DNA of 29,206 nucleotides from a virus (taxonomy: Duplodnaviria > Caudoviricetes). Positions within the stretch are counted from its first letter, which is position 1; the number at the start of each line of letters is the position of its first letter. Position numbers and translations under genes: made by a program. A model generated the notes under the pieces. That model was not told the DNA's origin. It did no database searches and was given only the letters and a program-made list of their open reading frames with translations. The DNA is taken from the IMG/VR virus record IMGVR_UViG_3300048598_000265, positions 1 to 29,206 of that record. One strand, given 5' to 3'. Shown here piece after piece: positions 23,505 to 29,206 of this stretch.

Positions 23505-24482
23505 ATGGCGCTGAGCCTGTCGGAAATCGAAGCCATCACGAACGATTATTTCTTCGCGGAGGATGGCCGGGCCGTGGACATCTACTTCAGGACGTCCTTT
23601 TTGTTGGACTACCTGATGAACCAGCAGAAAGGGATTTTTGAACGCCCCGCCGGCGGCGAAAAAATCCGTATCCCGCTCAAGTACTCGGGCGCCGAAGGCG
23701 GTTTCTTCGATCGTGCCGACGCGCTGTCGAGCGATGATCGCGAGAGCATCAATGCCGCCTTCTTTCTGTGGAAGTACGCCTACGGCAACGCCACGATCTA
23801 TCTGCAGGACGAAATGAAAAACTCCGGCGAGGAAGCCGAAGTTAGCCTGGTCACCGAAAAAATCGAGACTGCCCAGCAGACCTGTTCCGACAAGCTGGCC
23901 AGGTCCATCTATGCCGCCGGCGGGGACAAGGGAAAAGCGCTGACGGGGCTGCAGTCCCTGACCATGGGCGCCACGGACGTGGAGTATGGCGGTATCGCCG
24001 AGGATGATCTCGTCGCCGCCGATGGGACCAAGCCCTGGACGGCCATCAATATCAATGACGCCGAGCCCATCTCGCTCGACACGCTGCGGACGATGCGCGC
24101 CAAGGGGAAAGTCCGCGATGGCGCGAACGGGCGTCCGAACGTCGCCACAATGCCCCAGAACATTTATGACAAGATCAACAGCATCCTGACGATCCAGCAG
24201 CGTTTTGTCTCCGACAAGAACACCGCCACAGCCGGATTCACGCACCTGGTTTTCGAGGACATGATTTTGGCCGCCGATGATTTTTGCCCGGCCGGTCAGC
24301 TTTATACCCTCAACACTGCCTTCATCGGTTTTGCCATTCACCAGAAGGGCTTTTTCGCGCGCCAGCCATGGGTTGATCTGTCCGGACCGGCCGGACGGTC
24401 CATGAAGATCCTTTGGAGCGGCAACCTCGTCTGCTCCAATCGCAAGGCCCATGTCTCCCACACCAACGTGAGCGTCAACTAA
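23505..24482 (+). CDS. Major capsid protein
   Basis: 325 aa, strong RBS, GGEKIRIPL motif and ILWSGNLVCSNRK terminal strand; located after the scaffold. Confidence 0.85.
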   Translation: MALSLSEIEAITNDYFFAEDGRAVDIYFRTSFLLDYLMNQQKGIFERPAGGEKIRIPLKYSGAEGGFFDRADALSSDDRESINAAFFLWKYAYGNATIYLQDEMKNSGEEAEVSLVTEKIETAQQTCSDKLARSIYAAGGDKGKALTGLQSLTMGATDVEYGGIAEDDLVAADGTKPWTAININDAEPISLDTLRTMRAKGKVRDGANGRPNVATMPQNIYDKINSILTIQQRFVSDKNTATAGFTHLVFEDMILAADDFCPAGQLYTLNTAFIGFAIHQKGFFARQPWVDLSGPAGRSMKILWSGNLVCSNRKAHVSHTNVSVN

Positions 24483-24500
24483 ACCCAGAAGGGAATCACC

Positions 24501-25241
24501 ATGTCCAATCCGCTGTTGATTGTCTTCCCCCAGGACATCCTGGAGACCAGTTCCACCCAGAAATCCGAATTGGGCACCCTGCGTGTCACCGCCGACGGCC
24601 GACGGTTCCGCTACGCCAAGGCCGGCGCCGCGGCGCTTTCGGCCGGCAAGCTCGGTATCGGCGTGGCCGGTATCGCCAACCATGTGGACCTCACCGGCGC
24701 GGTCTACCCCGTCGGCACCACGGCCCTTTCGGTGACTGTCGGCGCCTCGGCCGTGGCCGCCAACGAATACAAGGACGGCATGCTGCAGATCAGCTCCGGG
24801 ACCGGAGGTGGCCTGCAGTACCGCATCATGGACCATCTCGCCTGTGCCGCTTCCGGGACGCTTCTGCTGTCCCTGGCCTCTCCGATCCGTGCGGCCCTGG
24901 ACGCGACCTCGAAGCTCTGCCTGGTGCACAATCCCTGGTTTGGCGTGACCGAATCGGCCACGGCCGCCGGAAAAATTCCGGCCGGTATCGCCCCCTGCGA
25001 TGTCCCGGCCGGCTACTTCTACTGGGCCCAGACCGGCGGCGAGTCGAATGTGCTCATCAACGGCACGCCCCCGGTGGGATCGTGGCTGATCGGCGGCGCC
25101 GTGGCCGGCTCGGTCACCGATTTCACCATTGATCCAACGGCGTCGAGCACCATCATCCCGAGTGCGCCGCTCGTTGGTTTCAAGGTCGGCGTGATTGGCG
25201 ATGACACCGAATACGGCAGCGTTCGTCTGACTATCGACTAG
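24501..25241 (+). CDS. Capsid decoration/cement-like structural protein
   Basis: LGT.....DGRRFRYAKAG and GYFYWAQT.G motifs; directly follows the capsid gene. Confidence 0.65.
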   Translation: MSNPLLIVFPQDILETSSTQKSELGTLRVTADGRRFRYAKAGAAALSAGKLGIGVAGIANHVDLTGAVYPVGTTALSVTVGASAVAANEYKDGMLQISSGTGGGLQYRIMDHLACAASGTLLLSLASPIRAALDATSKLCLVHNPWFGVTESATAAGKIPAGIAPCDVPAGYFYWAQTGGESNVLINGTPPVGSWLIGGAVAGSVTDFTIDPTASSTIIPSAPLVGFKVGVIGDDTEYGSVRLTID

Positions 25242-25250
25242 GGGGTTTCC

Positions 25251-25481
25251 ATGGCGTTCTCCTACAAGAAAACCGGCCATGATGTGACCAGCACCAACCG
25301 GATCGAGACCGGCACGTTTGCCAACGGCAGCGGTTCTACGGGTGGCAGCATCCCCGTAGCGCTTAAAAGTGCCAACTTCGTCAGTGTCACCCCATGCACT
25401 TCGGCTGCATTCTCCAACGGTGTCCTGACCATCGTGACCGCGGCCAACGCCTCGGGCTGGTGGGAAGTCCGGGGAGCGTAG
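25251..25481 (+). CDS. Small virion structural protein
   Basis: 76 aa, beta-rich (S/T/G), within the head-gene cluster. Confidence 0.6.
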   Translation: MAFSYKKTGHDVTSTNRIETGTFANGSGSTGGSIPVALKSANFVSVTPCTSAAFSNGVLTIVTAANASGWWEVRGA

Positions 25482-25484
25482 CCG

Positions 25485-26207
25485 ATGTCCGACGGAACGA
25501 TCACCATCCCCCAGGCAATGGCTGAGGGCGTAAAAGACGCTCACGTCGAGACCTTGCATCAGCTCGCCGAGGAGGTTTTGGATACAGTCAAGTGCCCCTC
25601 GACCGATGAGCCCAAAGTCGTTCGGTGGCTCAATCGCTGCCTGGGGGACATCGTCGCCAAGTTGGCGCGCCGGCGCGTGTATCTGCCGTCCCTGGCCACG
25701 TCGGGCGAGGTGGAGATCGTGACCACTGCCGAGGCCGTAGCCCTCCCGGCTGACTGGCAGGCCAATCTCCATGGCGCGTGGGACGTCACCACGGGCCGGG
25801 CCATCAAGGTTCGGCCCTGGTCGGCCCTGCAGCGCGTGCGCGGCCCGGGAGCACTGCAGCATGGGCAAATCGTTGGCGTGGCCGTCTACGCCCAGCAGCT
25901 TCGGTATTGGCGTGTTCCATCCGAGCCGCGCCGTATCATGCTTCAGTATCACCGGTTGCCGACGCCCCTTATGGGAGGCACGGACAAGCCCCTGGAGTTG
26001 CCTGCCGAGGTGGCCGCGTCCATGCTGATCGATTTCGCCTGCGCCGCCGGGTTTGCTCTGGCCGAGCAGGAGCAGAACGACAGCAAGGTGAACACCGCTT
26101 ACCATCAGAACCGCTACCTGGAAGCCCTGGAGACGCTGGCCGTGGACATCGGCCCATGGCCGGAGGAGGCCACGCCCATCACCGACGCAATGGGGTGGTG
26201 CCAGTGA
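25485..26207 (+). CDS. Head-tail adaptor (P22 gp4/T7 gp11-like)
   Basis: VVRWLNRCLGDI, ALPADW, P.P....LQY...P..L and LELP motifs typical of podoviral adaptors. Confidence 0.7.
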   Translation: MSDGTITIPQAMAEGVKDAHVETLHQLAEEVLDTVKCPSTDEPKVVRWLNRCLGDIVAKLARRRVYLPSLATSGEVEIVTTAEAVALPADWQANLHGAWDVTTGRAIKVRPWSALQRVRGPGALQHGQIVGVAVYAQQLRYWRVPSEPRRIMLQYHRLPTPLMGGTDKPLELPAEVAASMLIDFACAAGFALAEQEQNDSKVNTAYHQNRYLEALETLAVDIGPWPEEATPITDAMGWCQ

Positions 26208-27118
26208 TCACCGTCCCCTTCCGCGCTTGCCTGGGGCTCAATACCAGATCCGATCCGAGCTCGCTTGCCTATGACCCTCAAACGAGTTCCTGGGAAGCGG
26301 CCCGCCTCCTCAACCTGGATGTGCTCGACGGAGGCCGACGCTGGCGCAATCGCCCCGGCTATTCGGTCGCGCTCCAGTTTCCAGCGCCCCCGCACTCGCC
26401 CCAGGTGGACGGTGACATCTGGTACGTGGCCGCCGGCGATACGCTCTACCGCGTGGCCGGAATGGTAAAGACCGCCTTCCTGACCAACCTGACCCCAGGG
26501 TTGCGCCTGGGCTGGTGTCGGTTGGGGCAGTCGCTCTACTGGTCCAACGGCGTGCAGCAGGGGCGGATCACGGATGGCCAAGCCAAAGGCTGGGGCGGCA
26601 TCCCGTTTTCCTCGGACCAACGCGAGGCGGCCGAATACGCCACAGTGTCAGCCGGGAACGTGCTGGCGGCCGCAGCCGGCCGGGTCTGGATCGGCGTCGG
26701 CAACGACGTGGTCTATACCGCCCCCGGCTATCCGCACCATGTGCGCGTCGGCTCCTGCCGGCTGCCGCAGTCCTCTGCCGTGCGCATGATCGCACCGGTC
26801 GATGGCGGCCTGTATGTCGGCACCGACGACCGCATCGTCTACCTGGCCGGCTTCGATCCGGGTTCCATGCAGCAAACCGTTGTCTCCCACGATCCGGTCA
26901 TCCCGCGCATGTGCGTGCCGGTGCTGGCCAGCGACGTGATGTCCAAGCTCAATCCCGTTCGGGCGTACCTCTGGGCCACGGCCAGAGGGCTGGAGCTGGC
27001 TCTCCCCGAAGGCAACATCCTCAAACTCACCTTCGACAAAGTGGCCATGAACGCCACGGCGAGCGGTGGTGCAATACTGCTGCTGCCGCGCCGAGCCGTG
27101 GCCATCTATCATCCGTAG
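26204..27118 (+). CDS. Tail/neck stabilisation protein (beta-propeller-like nozzle)
   Basis: GTGA overlap start at 26204; F.GLN, NLD.....R.RPG and beta-propeller-like blades. The track's earlier start at 25778 is an upstream extension overlapping the adaptor gene. Confidence 0.65.
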   Translation: MITVPFRACLGLNTRSDPSSLAYDPQTSSWEAARLLNLDVLDGGRRWRNRPGYSVALQFPAPPHSPQVDGDIWYVAAGDTLYRVAGMVKTAFLTNLTPGLRLGWCRLGQSLYWSNGVQQGRITDGQAKGWGGIPFSSDQREAAEYATVSAGNVLAAAAGRVWIGVGNDVVYTAPGYPHHVRVGSCRLPQSSAVRMIAPVDGGLYVGTDDRIVYLAGFDPGSMQQTVVSHDPVIPRMCVPVLASDVMSKLNPVRAYLWATARGLELALPEGNILKLTFDKVAMNATASGGAILLLPRRAVAIYHP

Positions 27119-27127
27119 GAGGACGAT

Positions 27128-27586
27128 ATGGCTCTTCGCCTCTCAACCGGCCTGCGCAACAAGCTGCTCGGAACCCAAAGCTTCAAGGACAGCATGGCCG
27201 CCGGCGTCATCCGCGTGTTCTCCGGCGTCCAGCCCTCCTCGGCCGACGATGCCGAAGCCTCCACGGTGCTGCTCGAAATCACCGTGTCCTCCGGGACCTT
27301 CACGGCTGGTTCCACCACCAACGGCCTGAACTTCGGTACGCCCGCGAGCGGCGTCATCGCCAAGTCCACCTCCGAGGTCTGGTCCGGCGTCGCCACCACC
27401 ACCGGTACGGCCGGCTGGTTCCGCTTCTACGCCAATGATCTGACCACCGGCGCCACCACCACGGCCGCCCACTTCGACGGCTCGGTCTCCACCTCCGGCG
27501 CCCAGCTCAACATGAGCTCCACCGCCATCACCGCCGGCGCGACCACCACCATCGACAGCTTCACCGTGGCCATGCCGGCGTCCTAA
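27128..27586 (+). CDS. Virion structural (tail-associated) protein
   Basis: AGGAGG RBS; MALRLSTGLRN..., G.QP..AD, GTAGWFR; T/S/G-rich. Confidence 0.7.
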   Translation: MALRLSTGLRNKLLGTQSFKDSMAAGVIRVFSGVQPSSADDAEASTVLLEITVSSGTFTAGSTTNGLNFGTPASGVIAKSTSEVWSGVATTTGTAGWFRFYANDLTTGATTTAAHFDGSVSTSGAQLNMSSTAITAGATTTIDSFTVAMPAS

Positions 27587-27599
27587 TTCAAGGGAAAGC

Positions 27600-29165
27600 A
27601 TGGATATCCTGGCCGGTCTTTATGGATTCAAGCAGGGCGATTACTTCGCCGGTTTCGCGGGCTCTGTAGAGGCCGGCCTTTCGCATCTTGGCCATGTCCG
27701 AAACGCGCTGCAAACGATGCGTGACATCAACGTGCTCGATCTGCAAATTTACAACCATACCGTCTATTTTGATGATGGGACGGTGGTTTATGTAGAGCGG
27801 TGTTTCAATAAATACACAGCCGAAGTATGCATAGTAAAAACGCATAATGCCACAAACGACTCTGTTTTTCATGACAATCTTATTTTGTTTTACAGGGGGG
27901 ATGATTCTAAAGTCAAAGCTTGCAGGATTGATATGGTGGAGAGTGGGTTTAAATTTTACGACGTAAGCTATTTGATCGGAGGTGGTATTAACTCTGTAAG
28001 TGGATATATGCAGTGCCTATTTAAAAAAGTGAAGATATGCAACAGGGAGATGTATTTAATCCTATCGCCTTTCAGAATTTCTGAAACATCGCTCGATTAT
28101 GCCGGCGACATAATGCAGCCGACGGACTCATGGGGAGTCGCCACTTCTGAACTAGTTTTAAAAGACACTGGGGCGAACTATCTATATCTGTACGATGTTA
28201 GTTCTAAAACCAGGCGCTGTCTTTTTACTTGTGCGGGGTTGATGTTTGGAAGTTTGAACTTTCGCGGCGAATCAAAATGGTTCAATGCAGAATTTAATTT
28301 AAACTATAATAGTACACGAATCTACGTACGCATGTACACAAAAATATATTATTGGACGGTGTCCATTTCCGATGGCGTTGTGAGCATTGCATGCTATAAT
28401 CCGAATCTTACAGCAACTGATATTGATGGAAGTACTGTCAGCGTTAGCGGTCCGATAGATAATCAAGGATGCGTACATTGGTTCTCTTCGTCTAAAAAAG
28501 ACACAGAAAAAAATATTTACATGCGATATTACAATAAAACCAACGTAGAAACAGGAGAGACTACTCAGATAGAGTATGCACCGGCCTATTTCCAGGACCC
28601 ACCTACAAGTTATGGCAGTGGAACAACATTTTCTGAAGATTTCCCACTATACTTCTGCTTAGTAGAAAACGAAGACATCTCTGCTGGATTTAATTTATAC
28701 GCCATAAGAATGAGTTATAAAAGTACCTATACACTAGTCCCCGGCGATAATATGTATTTTACTTGCGTTGAAACTTACCGAATATCGGATGAAGACGGGC
28801 CGTTTCTGACTCAAGAGTACAAATACGGTGATGATCCAGACAGGTTCGTCTGGATTGGTGGTACGTATAAAAACTTGGCGGATTTCACTGGTTGGACGAG
28901 TCCCTTGCGTACCTTCCCATTATCCAAAGCACGTCCTTTCCTGATGATCATGGAGCGCCCTAACAAATTCAGCTACGCGTCATACACTGGATACGTATGC
29001 ACTAAAAAATCAGCGATTCAGTTTGGACCCTACGCAGTAGATGAGGGTCCCCTTATCTACCCGATGTTCAATGTACGGAAAGATGGGGATGCTCTGCAAG
29101 GTTTCATCGCAGGGGATGCCATTGACAATGTTTTTGTAAGTAGGGGCGTTTTTATATTTAGATAG
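27600..29165 (+). CDS. Putative tail/receptor-binding protein with an AT-rich variable C-terminal part
   Basis: 521-aa ORF in the tail region. The first ~200 nt have phage-like GC, then there is an abrupt drop. The protein is aromatic- and beta-rich. Confidence 0.55.
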   Translation: MDILAGLYGFKQGDYFAGFAGSVEAGLSHLGHVRNALQTMRDINVLDLQIYNHTVYFDDGTVVYVERCFNKYTAEVCIVKTHNATNDSVFHDNLILFYRGDDSKVKACRIDMVESGFKFYDVSYLIGGGINSVSGYMQCLFKKVKICNREMYLILSPFRISETSLDYAGDIMQPTDSWGVATSELVLKDTGANYLYLYDVSSKTRRCLFTCAGLMFGSLNFRGESKWFNAEFNLNYNSTRIYVRMYTKIYYWTVSISDGVVSIACYNPNLTATDIDGSTVSVSGPIDNQGCVHWFSSSKKDTEKNIYMRYYNKTNVETGETTQIEYAPAYFQDPPTSYGSGTTFSEDFPLYFCLVENEDISAGFNLYAIRMSYKSTYTLVPGDNMYFTCVETYRISDEDGPFLTQEYKYGDDPDRFVWIGGTYKNLADFTGWTSPLRTFPLSKARPFLMIMERPNKFSYASYTGYVCTKKSAIQFGPYAVDEGPLIYPMFNVRKDGDALQGFIAGDAIDNVFVSRGVFIFR

Positions 29166-29206
29166 GATATCGACGTAACATAGCAAATACTAAACTCCAA
29201 TGGAGT

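Noticed and set aside
20816-26105. Very long minus-strand ORFs (471, 395 and 873 aa)
   Set aside because: They are antisense shadows of the portal, scaffold, capsid and decoration genes caused by high GC3 codon bias.
27600-29206. Diversity-generating retroelement target or invertible tail cassette
   Set aside because: No reverse transcriptase, template/variable repeat pair, invertase or flanking inverted repeats are visible in the window; they could lie outside it.
1-29206. tRNA, rRNA, integrase, transposase or att sites
   Set aside because: None recognised by eye, so the prophage boundaries cannot be called from this window.

Overview
The window is an internal 29 kb segment of a temperate, lambdoid-organised prophage or phage with P22-like (probably podoviral) head and neck genes. 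Gene style and the MucR protein suggest a Desulfovibrio-like deltaproteobacterial host, but this is inference. No integrase or att site is visible. Order from left to right: (1) the 5' end of a leftward early gene with 30-aa HEAT/LRV-like repeats; (2) a long, highly structured leader and a leftward promoter/operator (PL/OL); (3) an AT-rich cassette running from cI to a strong terminator, containing a 4-TM membrane protein and three type IV minor-pilin-like genes (PilV-, PilW- and PilX/adhesin-like); (4) the cI (HTH + S24) / OR / cro switch; (5) small accessory genes; (6) a C5 DNA methyltransferase with six tandem internal repeats and a Cas4-like nuclease; (7) a convergent pair of Arc-like RHH paralogues; (8) primase-helicase, RusA, MucR and a Mor-like activator; (9) a lysis module in which a GH108 endolysin is fused to a holin-like tail and the linker hides a +1-frame cationic 55-aa gene; (10) terminases, portal, scaffold, capsid, decoration, adaptor/tail proteins and an AT-rich candidate receptor-binding protein. 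The most striking feature is a three-gene pilus-tip kit placed in the slot occupied by rexAB in lambda (between cI and OL), which suggests superinfection exclusion or lysogenic conversion by remodelling the host type IV pilus tip. All functional calls come from motif recognition by eye; no database searches were run.
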